From positions 96,001-160,000 of the forward strand of contig CBDCFN010000015.1 of the NCBI GenBank assembly GCA_965216315.1: a DNA stretch of 64,000 nt, read 5' to 3'. Source of the DNA: a bacterium. GTDB taxonomy: Bacteria > UBA10199 > 2-02-FULL-50-16 > JAJFLM01. A program made the position numbers and the translations under genes. Positions within the stretch are counted from its first letter, which is position 1. Each line of letters opens with the position of its first letter. The notes under the pieces are model-generated. The model had not been told where the DNA came from, did no database searches, and was given only the letters and a program-made list of their open reading frames with translations. Of this stretch, positions 48,855 to 58,683 are shown one piece after another.

Positions 48855-49985
48855 ATGGACTATCAAGCCACTCTCACCCAGCTCCGTAAACAGGGACTCT
48901 ACCGGGAACTCGACGAAGTCGAGGGCCCCCAAGACGCCGCAATCGTGATCCAGGGCCAGCCCTATCTGAACTTCTCAAGCAACAATTACCTCGGCCTGGC
49001 GACAGATCCACGTCTGGCCGCCGCGGCCGCGGCCGCCACCGATCGCTATGGCTGGGGGGCCGGATCGGCGGCCTTGATCAGCGGTCAAATGAGCCCACAC
49101 GAACAATTGCGCCGTGCCCTGGGCGCGTTCTTTTCTGCCGAGGCCGCACTCCTCTTCAACTCAGGTTATCATGCCAATGTGGGAGCCATCCCGGCGCTGG
49201 TCGGCCCGTCAGACCTGCTTTTTTCCGATGCGTTGAATCACGCCTCGCTTATCGATGGCTGTCGCCTGGCCCGTTGTCCCACGCATATTTACCGTCATGG
49301 CGACACCGATCACTTAGCTGAACTCCTCGAACAACATCCCGCGACCGGTGAACGCTGGATCATTACCGAGTCGGTGTTCTCGATGGATGGCGATCAGGCC
49401 CCACTTGAAGCCATCGCCCAACTCGCCACGCAATATAATGCCAATATTTATCTTGATGAGGCCCACGCCGTCGGTGTGTTCGGAGAACAGGGACGAGGCC
49501 TATGGGAAACCGTAGAAACACCGCTTGCTGCGCCTAATATCATCCGCATGGGCACCTTCGGCAAGGCGCTAGGATCCTATGGCGCCTTTGTCCTTGGCAG
49601 TTCCGATAGCATCGAATATCTTCTCAATCGCGCGCGAACATTTATTTATACAACGGCGCTACCGCCCGCCGTCACCGCGGTCAATCACTGTGCCTTGGAA
49701 ATAGTCGCAACCGAGCCGGAACGACAGATGCAATTGTGGCAACATGTGCACCACTTCGCCGATGAACTGGAAATCAAAGCGGAATCACCGATCATCCCCT
49801 GGATCATTCCCGGCAATGAAGAGGTCGTAACCGCAGGAAAGAAATTGCGTAACGCCGGCTTTTTGGTCCGCGCGATACGCAGCCCGACGGTGCCCGTCGG
49901 CAAAGAGCGTTTGCGCATCACTTTGTCGGCAATGCATACCGAGGAACAGGTAGAGAAACTTATTAACGCGATTAAAACCATTTAG
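48855..49985 (+). CDS. bioF: 8-amino-7-oxononanoate synthase
   Basis: NFSSNNYLGL, NHASLIDG, ESVFSMDGD, DEAH, GTFGKALG. Confidence 0.95.
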   Translation: MDYQATLTQLRKQGLYRELDEVEGPQDAAIVIQGQPYLNFSSNNYLGLATDPRLAAAAAAATDRYGWGAGSAALISGQMSPHEQLRRALGAFFSAEAALLFNSGYHANVGAIPALVGPSDLLFSDALNHASLIDGCRLARCPTHIYRHGDTDHLAELLEQHPATGERWIITESVFSMDGDQAPLEAIAQLATQYNANIYLDEAHAVGVFGEQGRGLWETVETPLAAPNIIRMGTFGKALGSYGAFVLGSSDSIEYLLNRARTFIYTTALPPAVTAVNHCALEIVATEPERQMQLWQHVHHFADELEIKAESPIIPWIIPGNEEVVTAGKKLRNAGFLVRAIRSPTVPVGKERLRITLSAMHTEEQVEKLINAIKTI

Positions 49986-51323
49986 ATGGACAAGAAAACC
50001 TTAAAAGATCTCGATCGCGAACTCATCTGGCACCCCTTTACCCAGATGGCCGACTACCGGACGGAAGAACCGGTCATCATCGAACGCGGCGAAGGCGTCT
50101 ATCTAGTGGATACCGATAACAATCGCTACCTCGACGGCGTCTCGTCACTCTGGGTTAATGTCCACGGTCACCGGCATCCCAAACTCGATGCGGCCCTCAA
50201 GACGCAAACAGAGAAAGTCGCCCATTCGACCCTACTCGGCCTCTCCAATGTTCCCTCGATTGAATATGCGGAAGCCCTTTTGCAAGTCGCGCCTCAAAAT
50301 TTATCCCATGTTTTTTATTCAGATAGTGGTTCCACCGCAGTGGAAATAGCCCTCAAGATTGCCTTCCAATACTTCCAGCAAACCGGCCACAAAGACAAAA
50401 CCAAGTTTATCTCCTTTGAGAATGCCTATCATGGAGATACGATCGGATCGATCGGCGTTGGAGGAATTGAACTCTTTCACTCACTCTATCGCCCCCTCCT
50501 CTTCGAGGCGTTCCGAGCCCCACACCCCTACCCCTATCGAGACAATAAGACACCCGAGCAAAGTCGGGACGATTGTCTTGCTCAATTGGAACAAATGCTG
50601 CGCGACCACCACGAAACGATTGCCGCCTGCATCCTCGAACCACTGGTGCAAGGCGCCGCTGGCATCATTACGGCACCGGAAGGCTTCTTGAAAGGGGTGC
50701 GCGCTCTCTGCAGTCAGTACAATGTCCTCCTCATTTTGGACGAGGTCGCCACCGGCTTCGGACGCACAGGAACCTTATTTGCCTGCGAACAAGAAGAAGT
50801 CGAGCCGGACATCATGTGTGCCGCCAAGGGGATTACCGGCGGCTACCTGCCATTGGCCGTCACGTTGACGACCGATGCCATTCATCAGGGCTTTCTTGGT
50901 CATTATGAGGAACTCAAGACTTTCTTTCACGGACACACCTACACAGGCAATCCGTTGGCCTGTGCTGTCGCCAAGGCCAGCCTGGAACTCTTCAAAGAGG
51001 AAGAGACACTCAAGAATGTGCAGGCGCGAAGCGCCCAGCTCGCTGAAGAACTCAGCCGCTTTAAGGAATTGTCTGCCGTCGGCGACGTCCGGCAGCGTGG
51101 TCTCATGGCGGGAATCGAACTCGTAGCAAACCACGATACGAAAGCGCCCTACCCTCTGGCGGATAAAATCCCGCACCAAATTGTCATCGCAGCGCGGAAA
51201 CGTGGCCTTATCATCCGACCCTTGGGCCCCGTAATGGTCTTGATGCCGCCGTTGTGTATTAGTGAAGATGAATTAAAGAATGTTTGCGAGATTATTTTTG
51301 AATCAATTAAAGAAATTACATGA
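49986..51323 (+). CDS. bioA: Adenosylmethionine-8-amino-7-oxononanoate aminotransferase
   Basis: WHPFTQM, SGSTAVEIALK, YHGDT, DEVATGFGRTG, HGHTYTGNP. Confidence 0.96.
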   Translation: MDKKTLKDLDRELIWHPFTQMADYRTEEPVIIERGEGVYLVDTDNNRYLDGVSSLWVNVHGHRHPKLDAALKTQTEKVAHSTLLGLSNVPSIEYAEALLQVAPQNLSHVFYSDSGSTAVEIALKIAFQYFQQTGHKDKTKFISFENAYHGDTIGSIGVGGIELFHSLYRPLLFEAFRAPHPYPYRDNKTPEQSRDDCLAQLEQMLRDHHETIAACILEPLVQGAAGIITAPEGFLKGVRALCSQYNVLLILDEVATGFGRTGTLFACEQEEVEPDIMCAAKGITGGYLPLAVTLTTDAIHQGFLGHYEELKTFFHGHTYTGNPLACAVAKASLELFKEEETLKNVQARSAQLAEELSRFKELSAVGDVRQRGLMAGIELVANHDTKAPYPLADKIPHQIVIAARKRGLIIRPLGPVMVLMPPLCISEDELKNVCEIIFESIKEIT

Positions 51324-51991
51324 ATAAAGCCTTCTACATCATCGGCACCGACACTTCCTGCGGCAAAACCCTCGTCACCGGCGCTATGGCTGCTTATTTG
51401 CAGAGCATGGGACGCGATGTCGGTGTCATGAAGCCTTTCGAGTCGGCATGTGAAGATTCGGCCTTCCTCAAGGCAATGGCCGGATGTAATGACCCGATTG
51501 AAACAATCAACCCGTATCACTATGACGAGCCGCTTGCGCCCGCAGTCGCCGCCGAAAGAGCCGGTCTCAGTGCTGATTTTGAACACGTCATCACCAGCTT
51601 TAATCAACTCCGGGAACGCCACGATATTCTGCTTGCCGAAGGGGCAGGCGGATTACTGGTTCCACTGGTCGAAACAAAGACTCACGTCGAATTATTGAAG
51701 GAACTCAGAGTCCCGGTGCTGCTTGTAGCTAGGCTTGGTCTTGGAACAATTAACCATACCTTGCTGACAATGGACGTACTCAAGCGGAATTATATTCCGT
51801 GTTATGGAGTGATTCTCAATGAGACTACACCGGCCTCCAGCGTGGCTGAAAAAACAAATCCTCAGGTCCTGAGCGATTATTATCAGATTCCACTGCTGGG
51901 AACCTATTCGCACTTAGAGGATATAAGTGATAAGCAGGCCTTAATCGCTGCCTTGCCTGATACGTTGAAAAATTATCTCAATAAATTATAG
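51320..51991 (+). CDS. bioD: Dethiobiotin synthase
   Basis: GTDTSCGKT, EGAGG, LGTINHTLL. Confidence 0.95.
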   Translation: MNKAFYIIGTDTSCGKTLVTGAMAAYLQSMGRDVGVMKPFESACEDSAFLKAMAGCNDPIETINPYHYDEPLAPAVAAERAGLSADFEHVITSFNQLRERHDILLAEGAGGLLVPLVETKTHVELLKELRVPVLLVARLGLGTINHTLLTMDVLKRNYIPCYGVILNETTPASSVAEKTNPQVLSDYYQIPLLGTYSHLEDISDKQALIAALPDTLKNYLNKL

Positions 51992-51994
51992 GGG

Positions 51995-52744
51995 CTACCC
52001 CGCCATCGTCAAGCCGCCGGAAACCGACAAAACCTGACCCGTGATATAGCTCGCGCCAGGACTCACTAAAAAAGCCACCGCATTGGCAATCTCCTCCGGC
52101 TGCGCAATACGCTTCATCGGAATGATCTGAACGAAGGCCTGCTTGATCTTGTCGTTGATCGCCGACTCGTAGAGAGGGGTATCGGTTGGACCCGGACAGA
52201 TACAATTGACATTGATCTTATATTTAGCGACCTCGCGGGCCAGCCCTTTACTGAAAGCCGCGACTCCACCCTTGCAAGCCGAGTAGGCGACGCCTTGAAG
52301 TTGACCCACGCGAGCCGCATCAGAGGCGAGGCTGACGATGTGTCCCTCTCCTTGCTCTTTCATCGAACGCAACACGGCGTGGGTAACTAAGAACGGCGCC
52401 TTGAGATTAATCGCATAGATCTTATCCCAATAAGATTCTTCTTCGTCCTCAAAAAACGAGGCTCCCGACCAACCGATATTATTAACGAGTATTTTAATGC
52501 CGCCCAGATCGGAAACGACTTGCTCAACGGCCGTATTGACCGCCTCACGATTCGTACAGTCCACATTATAAGCCCTGGCCGTTCCCCCGGCCTCGGTTAT
52601 TATTTTTTCTGTTTCAGCAACTGTTTCGGCATTGAGGTCAAAGAGGCCGACCTTGGCCCCATCACTCGCCAATTTTTTAGCAATCGCGCGACCAATTCCT
52701 TGGCCGGCTCCGGTGACAACAGCGACGTGGTCTTGTAATGACAT
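51995..52744 (-). CDS. SDR family oxidoreductase (BadH/FabG-like)
   Basis: TGAGQGIG, NNIGW, YSACK, CPGPTDT. Confidence 0.9.
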   Translation of the reverse strand: MSLQDHVAVVTGAGQGIGRAIAKKLASDGAKVGLFDLNAETVAETEKIITEAGGTARAYNVDCTNREAVNTAVEQVVSDLGGIKILVNNIGWSGASFFEDEEESYWDKIYAINLKAPFLVTHAVLRSMKEQGEGHIVSLASDAARVGQLQGVAYSACKGGVAAFSKGLAREVAKYKINVNCICPGPTDTPLYESAINDKIKQAFVQIIPMKRIAQPEEIANAVAFLVSPGASYITGQVLSVSGGLTMAG

Positions 52745-52762
52745 AATAATCTCCTTTAATGG

Positions 52763-52784
52763 CCCCTTCCTTACCAAGGAGGGA
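52763..52784. repeat. Short palindrome related to the prmC insert core
   Basis: CCCCTTCCTT-ACC-AAGGAGGGA. Confidence 0.5.
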
Positions 52785-52791
52785 ATCGTAC

Positions 52792-52820
52792 TTGCAACCA
52801 CTAATCCCCTTGATTAGAGT
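52792..52820 (+). promoter_or_regulatory. Sigma70-like promoter, probably leaderless proA transcript
   Basis: TTGCAA-N17-TAGAGT, 6 nt before ATG. Confidence 0.5.
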
Positions 52821-52826
52821 AGGTCT

Positions 52827-54086
52827 ATGAGCCTCGAAGAACAAATCGAATCCATCGCACGTCATGCCCGCGAGGCCGCGGGGGCAGTCGCTCACCTTTC
52901 TGAGGAGAAAAAAAATGTCCTGTTGCGGGCCATGGCCGACCGGCTGCTCGAACGTAAGGCGGACATCCAGGCGGCCAATGCCCGCGATGTCGAAGCCGGG
53001 GAGGCCTCAGGCAAACTAAATAAAGCAGCGATCGACCGCCTCATCCTTAATGAAGCCCGGATCCAGGACATGGCCAACGGTTTACGCGAGGTTGCTGAGC
53101 TGCCCGATCCGGTCGGCCTGCGCGTCAAAGAATACACCCGACCCAACGGCCTCAAGATAGAAAAAATCAGGATTCCCCTGGGCGTCATCGGCATGATTTA
53201 TGAATCACGCCCGAATGTCACCGTCGATGCCGCCGGACTCTGTCTCAAATCCGGCAATGCCATCGTACTGCGCGGGGGTTCTGAGGCCATCCATTCCAAC
53301 ACTTTGCTGGGAGACATCCTTCGAGAAGTCTGTGAAGCACACGACATCGATCCCAACATTATTCAGGTCATCCCCACGACCGAGCGGGAGGCCATGAAGA
53401 TACTCGTCAATCAAACCCGATATATTGATTTAATGATTCCACGTGGCGGCGAGGCCCTGATGAAATGGATGGCCGAACATTCGAAAATTCCCGTCATCAA
53501 ACACGATAAAGGGGTTTGTCATCTTTACGTCGACAAAGAAGCGGATATCGAAATGGCCGTTAACATCGCCTATAATTCCAAGGTTCAGCGGCCCGGCGTC
53601 TGCAATGCGCTGGAAACAGTGCTCGTTCATCGCGATATTGCGGGATCATTTCTTCCCGCCCTAGCGAAACGGTATCTAAGTGCCTCGGTCGAAATACGCG
53701 GGGATGAGCGCGTCTGTCAGTTGATTCCGGAAGCCACGGCCGCAACGCCTGAAGACTGGGATGCTGAGTATCTTGATTTAATCATTTCCATTCGTGTCAT
53801 CAAAGATATGGACGAAGCCATGCAGCATATCGAACGGCATGGCTCTCTACACACGGAATCAATCGTGACCAATAACGCCACTACGGCGGAACGCTTTCTT
53901 CGAGAAGTCGATTCTTCGATGGTTGCCTGGAATGCCTCGACGCGCTTTAATGACGGGGGGCAGCTCGGCCTCGGCGCCGAAATCGGCATCAGCACGACAA
54001 AAACGCATGCTTTCGGTCCCATGGGCCTTGAAGAACTCACCACAACAAAATACGTTGTAACTGGAACGGGGCAGATAAGAGAGTGA
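52827..54086 (+). CDS. proA: Gamma-glutamyl phosphate reductase
   Basis: IYESRPNVT, LRGGSEA, CNALET, NASTRF, EIGIST. Confidence 0.97.
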   Translation: MSLEEQIESIARHAREAAGAVAHLSEEKKNVLLRAMADRLLERKADIQAANARDVEAGEASGKLNKAAIDRLILNEARIQDMANGLREVAELPDPVGLRVKEYTRPNGLKIEKIRIPLGVIGMIYESRPNVTVDAAGLCLKSGNAIVLRGGSEAIHSNTLLGDILREVCEAHDIDPNIIQVIPTTEREAMKILVNQTRYIDLMIPRGGEALMKWMAEHSKIPVIKHDKGVCHLYVDKEADIEMAVNIAYNSKVQRPGVCNALETVLVHRDIAGSFLPALAKRYLSASVEIRGDERVCQLIPEATAATPEDWDAEYLDLIISIRVIKDMDEAMQHIERHGSLHTESIVTNNATTAERFLREVDSSMVAWNASTRFNDGGQLGLGAEIGISTTKTHAFGPMGLEELTTTKYVVTGTGQIRE

Positions 54087-54448
54087 ATTCGGAAGAGCTC
54101 GCAAAAGAGATTCTGGCTGCTGCTCAAGATGTCAAAGCCGAGGACCCGGTGGTCCTCGATCTGCGCACACTCACAAGTTTTACCGATTTTTTCGTCATCG
54201 TCAGTGGACGTTCCGACCGGCAGGTCCAGGCGATTGCCGACCGCGTTACCGAGGACCTGAGAGAAAAGAAAATCAAACCCATGGGCATTGAAGGCTATGA
54301 TAGCGGCCATTGGGTCCTCATCGATTATGGTGCCGTCGTACTCCATGTATTTTACGGTGAAACACGTGAATTCTATTTACTTGAACAACTCTGGAGTGAT
54401 GCCCCCCGGCTAGAGGTCAATAGTGATGATCAAAAGGCGGCACCGTGA
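54083..54448 (+). CDS. rsfS: Ribosome silencing factor
   Basis: DVKAED, DFFVIVSG, WVLIDYG, YLLEQLW. Confidence 0.93.
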   Translation: MNSEELAKEILAAAQDVKAEDPVVLDLRTLTSFTDFFVIVSGRSDRQVQAIADRVTEDLREKKIKPMGIEGYDSGHWVLIDYGAVVLHVFYGETREFYLLEQLWSDAPRLEVNSDDQKAAP

Positions 54449-56001
54449 AACCAACACTGCTAATCATTCTGGATGGGTGGGGTGAACGAGCGGAACATGA
54501 GCATAACTCGATTCATCTCGCTACGACAAATCACTATGACCGTTTTCTCCACAACTACCCACATACAACGGTACTAACGCATGGAACCGCCGTTGGCTTG
54601 ACGGAAGGGGTCATGGGCAACTCCGAAGTCGGCCACATGAACATCGGTGCCGGCCGCATTGTCATGCAGACATTGAGCCGCATTTCTCAAGCCATCGACA
54701 ACGGTGCTTTTTTTGAGAACGAAGCCTTGCACACGGCGATGCAGGCCTGCATCGAACATAATAGCACGCTTCACCTGATGGGACTCCTGTCCGATGCGGG
54801 CGTTCATAGCGACATCTCGCATCTCGTTGCACTTCTGCGCATGGCCGCCAATAACAAAATTTCCAACGTATGCATTCACCCCTTTATGGACGGCCGTGAT
54901 ACCAACCCACGACGTGGGGTTGAGTACCTCCACCGTCTTCAGGATACACTGAACTCACTTCAAATAGGCAGGATCGCAACGGTCTCAGGTCGTTATTACT
55001 CGATGGATCGGGATAAACGGTGGGATCGAACTGAACGGGCCTATCAGGCCTTAGTCCTGGGTAAGGGCGCAAGAAGTGAAAATGATGCCGCCACCATTGT
55101 CAACGACTGGTATCATCAGAGTAACCCCCAACCCGGCTTTGGGGATGAATTCGTCCCACCAACCGTGCTTATTGACCCTGCCACAAAACAACCTATTGGC
55201 CTCATCGAAGAAAATGACGTCGTGATCCATTTCAACTTTCGCCCGGATCGCGCGCGCCAACTGACACAGGCACTAAGCGATCCCGATTTTTCCGAGTTTG
55301 AACGACAGTCTTTTCCAGTTCTCAGTAACTTCACTTGCATGGCACCGTATAGCGAAAATTTCGATCTACCCATCGCCTTTAGAAAAGAAAAACTTGCGCG
55401 CATTATGGGCGAGATTATTGCAGAGCAAGGCATGGCTCAATTTCGCTGTGCAGAAACCGAAAAGTATGCGCACGTTACGTATTTCTTTAACGGAGGGGTC
55501 GAGCAGGTCTTTCCTGGTGAAGAACGCAAACTCGTTCCTTCCAATCGCGAAATCGCCACCTACGATTTAGCCCCGGAAATGAGGGCGCGTGAAGTAACAG
55601 CAGAGGTCCTCAATGCCCTTAATACAAACAAGTTTGGGTTTTATGTGATCAATTTCGCCAATCCGGACATGGTCGGTCACACAGGGAAAGAACCGGCGGC
55701 GATTCAAGCAGTTGAAGCCCTAGATGATTGCCTGGGACAGATCGTCGATCAGGTGCTTCAACAAGACGGCATTGTGATTATTACGGCGGACCACGGCAAT
55801 TGCGAAGAAATGATCGACGCGCATGGCCATCCCCATACTCAGCACACGCTAAACCCCGTGCCTTGCATTATCATCGGCAATAGCGTTAAAGAGCTTAAAT
55901 TGAAACCGGGACGACTCTGCGATATAGCCCCGACGTTATTGGAGTTAATGGGGATTGAACAGCCCCCGGAAATGACCGGGGAGTCATTAATTATTCATTA
56001 G
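54445..56001 (+). CDS. gpmI: 2,3-bisphosphoglycerate-independent phosphoglycerate mutase
   Basis: ILDGWG, MGNSEVGH, DGRD, ETEKYAHVT, DMVGH, ADHGN. Confidence 0.97.
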   Translation: MKPTLLIILDGWGERAEHEHNSIHLATTNHYDRFLHNYPHTTVLTHGTAVGLTEGVMGNSEVGHMNIGAGRIVMQTLSRISQAIDNGAFFENEALHTAMQACIEHNSTLHLMGLLSDAGVHSDISHLVALLRMAANNKISNVCIHPFMDGRDTNPRRGVEYLHRLQDTLNSLQIGRIATVSGRYYSMDRDKRWDRTERAYQALVLGKGARSENDAATIVNDWYHQSNPQPGFGDEFVPPTVLIDPATKQPIGLIEENDVVIHFNFRPDRARQLTQALSDPDFSEFERQSFPVLSNFTCMAPYSENFDLPIAFRKEKLARIMGEIIAEQGMAQFRCAETEKYAHVTYFFNGGVEQVFPGEERKLVPSNREIATYDLAPEMRAREVTAEVLNALNTNKFGFYVINFANPDMVGHTGKEPAAIQAVEALDDCLGQIVDQVLQQDGIVIITADHGNCEEMIDAHGHPHTQHTLNPVPCIIIGNSVKELKLKPGRLCDIAPTLLELMGIEQPPEMTGESLIIH

Positions 56002-56015
56002 TAGGGGAGCGTAAC

Positions 56016-56501
56016 ATGCCATCTTTCGACATTGTCAGCGAATTAGATCGCCAAGAACTCAAAAACGCCGTCGACCAAGTCATCCGCGAAGTCAAACAAC
56101 GCTATGACTTCAAGGGCAGCAAATCAGAGATCAAGGAAGAGAATGACAACCTGACCTTTATTTCTGACGACGACTTTAAAATGAAGGCCTTGATCGACAT
56201 CTTCCAATCCAAGGCCGTCAAACGTGGCCTCGACCTCAAAGCCTTTGATTATGGAAAAATAGAACCTGCTGCAGGCGATACCGTACGTTGTTCGGTGAAA
56301 GTCGTCGAAGGTATCGAAAAAGAAAAGGCTAAAGATCTGGTCAAAAAGATCAAGGACATGAAACTCAAAGTTCAGGCTGCCATTCAAGAGAACCAAGTCC
56401 GCGTGACCGGAAAAAAACGCGACGATTTGCAGGACGTCATCGCCGCCGTCAAAGGCTTGGACTTTGCTATTCCGTTGCAGTTTGAAAATTTCCGGGACTA
56501 G
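56016..56501 (+). CDS. yajQ: YajQ family nucleotide-binding protein
   Basis: MPSFDIVS, RYDFKG, RVTGKKRDDLQ, NFRD. Confidence 0.95.
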   Translation: MPSFDIVSELDRQELKNAVDQVIREVKQRYDFKGSKSEIKEENDNLTFISDDDFKMKALIDIFQSKAVKRGLDLKAFDYGKIEPAAGDTVRCSVKVVEGIEKEKAKDLVKKIKDMKLKVQAAIQENQVRVTGKKRDDLQDVIAAVKGLDFAIPLQFENFRD

Positions 56502-57316
56502 CTATCGCGAGGTCTCGATGACGGTGGCTTACTCCGCCGCAGCAACTGGTTACTTAGTTGATAAAGGTGAAAACTAAGTTTGCGGTGGAGCCCGAGCTGC
56601 ATTACTTGCTCGGCTAAGGCGAGGGAATGACTCAAGAGGCGCTCGATATGCTCAGGCTTGAGGTGACCGCTGGCCGCTCTCAGGGCTTGGCTCACTAATT
56701 TCAAATCATCAAAGTCTTCATAGGCCAGCGTCTGGCGAGCCTCATCGTCATCAATTTCCTCATTTTCTTCATCATGCTCTGCGTGGATCAGCAATATCGC
56801 TAAATCAACTTGCTCTTTAGCAAACTCGAGAGCACGAACTTCATCATTCAACTGAGAGGCATAGTGGCTCGCACGGCCCAAAAGGTCATACTTCTCGAGA
56901 CCGGCCTCCATGCCCATCAAGGCCTCCTGGAGCAGTATAAGTGCCTCCGTCTCAATAAGTTCAGCGAGTAGAGCATCGGCGAGTAACGGCGTGTATTTGA
57001 AGCCGGTCGGATCGTCTTCGCTGGGCGGGACCGAGGGGCTTTTACTTAAGCCGGCTGTCATCCGGTCATGAAATAATTGAATACGGTCCAAGCCACTCAC
57101 GGGTCGACCCATCCTTACGGCGTAGAGCATGCAGAAATCCCTGAGGGGAGCGACCAACATGCCGGCAATTAACTGCCGGCCATCGGTCACCGAGTCATCG
57201 ACGATGCCGGCTTCCCGCGCTGCTTGGTACAAATTATTGACTAACGAGGGCTTGGGAGAACCCGCCGCAAGCAAACAAGCGGACTGACTAGAGATGCTGA
57301 CGCCAAGCAGATTCAT
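56498..57316 (-). CDS. Hypothetical helical protein, paralog of the adjacent 57332-58570 gene
   Basis: Shared leader and N-terminal domain (FHDRMTAGL vs FHERVTKGL). Confidence 0.7.
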   Translation of the reverse strand: MNLLGVSISSQSACLLAAGSPKPSLVNNLYQAAREAGIVDDSVTDGRQLIAGMLVAPLRDFCMLYAVRMGRPVSGLDRIQLFHDRMTAGLSKSPSVPPSEDDPTGFKYTPLLADALLAELIETEALILLQEALMGMEAGLEKYDLLGRASHYASQLNDEVRALEFAKEQVDLAILLIHAEHDEENEEIDDDEARQTLAYEDFDDLKLVSQALRAASGHLKPEHIERLLSHSLALAEQVMQLGLHRKLSFHLYQLSNQLLRRSKPPSSRPRDS

Positions 57317-57331
57317 TGTAATGACCCCGAT

Positions 57332-58570
57332 TTAGTCTCGCTCCGAGGGACCTTTGACAGGCCGGGTGGGGCGGCTGTCCTCACCGTCTTCTAGTTCGCC
57401 CTCTAGTTGTTGACGCATTTTATCCTCATGACGCCCGGCCCATATATGTAGACGTTCGGCCACATCTCCTTCAAACTTGTGTTCCGTAATCTGTTTTAAT
57501 AGCGCTAATGACTGCTCATCAACCGGCAGCCGATGCAATACAGCAAACATTTGTCTGAAAAAACCACCCGCCCACTCATGTTCACCCCCTTGAGCCAAGG
57601 TCCGTCCGGCGATCCAGAGATATTCGAAGCGGCGTGCGACATCCTCACGATCGATATGGCCAATAATGCGCTTGATATTATCGTAATGGGCATGAGCCTT
57701 ATCTTCTTCGCCTTGACTCAATTGCCGCAAGACCGATTCGGCTTCTTCGCCGATGACATCAACCAGCTTCGGCATGATTTTCCGTAGCGGCTCTTCCACG
57801 TTACTTGGCAACAACTCCTGAACCAGTTGTTGTTTGAGATGTTCGAGAGATGTTTTTTCGTGTTCCTGGGCCACACCGCTTAAGTCTGATTCCTTTAAAG
57901 TGCGCTGTGCATATTCGATTAAGTCGAGACGTTCTTGTATATTAAAAAAACTCAGGTCTTCGATCACCATGCGAAGTTGATTAAACGCGACGACATATAC
58001 TGTGCTGTCTTCCCCCCTATTGGCAATCTTTTGCCAATCCGCATCCACCTTCAACATTGTAAATGCAATTAATGACTTTGCTAGAGAGATAGCGTGAATT
58101 CTTTTACCCATTGTCACTGCATCAAGGATATCCTGAATCCTTAGGCGGCGTTCAACAGCATAATCGGTAAGATCCGTTACCTTAGGACCATCATCATGGG
58201 CTCCAAAAACTTTCAACGAGACAGCAAGAGAATCGCTGCCTAGCTCTTCTAACAATAAATTGGCGAGATAAAGGCAATAAATGCTTCTATTAGAGCTATC
58301 AACCAACTCGCCAAGCTCACCTATCTGATCGGCATCGAGGCCCTTAGTGACACGTTCATGAAACACAGAGAGGCTACTGGTTTTGCCGCAGACATCATTG
58401 ATCTGATTGGCGAGCAACAGTGCCAATAGCGAACGCGGTCCTTCATGTTTATAGACAGTCCCTCGCTCTTCATGGTGAAGAACGAGAAAATTACTCCAGA
58501 GTCTTGGAGTCTTACTGCTGGCGAGGATCGCCGTCGTCGCCAACGATGACGCATTCATCAATATATGCAT
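57332..58570 (-). CDS. Hypothetical helical protein
   Basis: 412-aa ORF, Ser/Ala/Leu leader, shared promoter motif upstream. Confidence 0.7.
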   Translation of the reverse strand: MHILMNASSLATTAILASSKTPRLWSNFLVLHHEERGTVYKHEGPRSLLALLLANQINDVCGKTSSLSVFHERVTKGLDADQIGELGELVDSSNRSIYCLYLANLLLEELGSDSLAVSLKVFGAHDDGPKVTDLTDYAVERRLRIQDILDAVTMGKRIHAISLAKSLIAFTMLKVDADWQKIANRGEDSTVYVVAFNQLRMVIEDLSFFNIQERLDLIEYAQRTLKESDLSGVAQEHEKTSLEHLKQQLVQELLPSNVEEPLRKIMPKLVDVIGEEAESVLRQLSQGEEDKAHAHYDNIKRIIGHIDREDVARRFEYLWIAGRTLAQGGEHEWAGGFFRQMFAVLHRLPVDEQSLALLKQITEHKFEGDVAERLHIWAGRHEDKMRQQLEGELEDGEDSRPTRPVKGPSERD

Positions 58571-58576
58571 GGCCGA

Positions 58577-58606
58577 CTTATCGCCTACCGCAGGCGCTTG
58601 TTGTGA
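58577..58606 (-). promoter_or_regulatory. Shared alternative-sigma-like promoter motif (58570 operon)
   Basis: TCACAACAAG-CGCCTGCGGTAG-GCGATAAG, 6 nt before ATG. Confidence 0.55.
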
Positions 58607-58616
58607 CGCGTAAGGA

Positions 58617-58644
58617 TTATCTGTTTACTGGAGTCAACAGATAA
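58617..58644. promoter_or_regulatory. Operator-like palindrome between divergent orphan genes
   Basis: TTATCTGTTTAC-TGGA-GTCAACAGATAA (11/12 arm match); third half-site CAACAGATA at 58658-58666. Confidence 0.5.
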
Positions 58645-58655
58645 CGAACTGCATA

Positions 58656-58683
58656 GACAACAGATATTTCTAAAAGTCGAAAA
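58656..58683 (+). promoter_or_regulatory. Shared alternative-sigma-like promoter motif (58693 gene)
   Basis: GACAACAGA-TATTTCTAAAAG-TCGAAAA. Confidence 0.5.

Noticed and set aside
54083..54086. Absence of nadD between proA and rsfS, and of bioB/bioC beside bioFAD
   Set aside because: These genes may simply lie elsewhere; a single window cannot show gene loss
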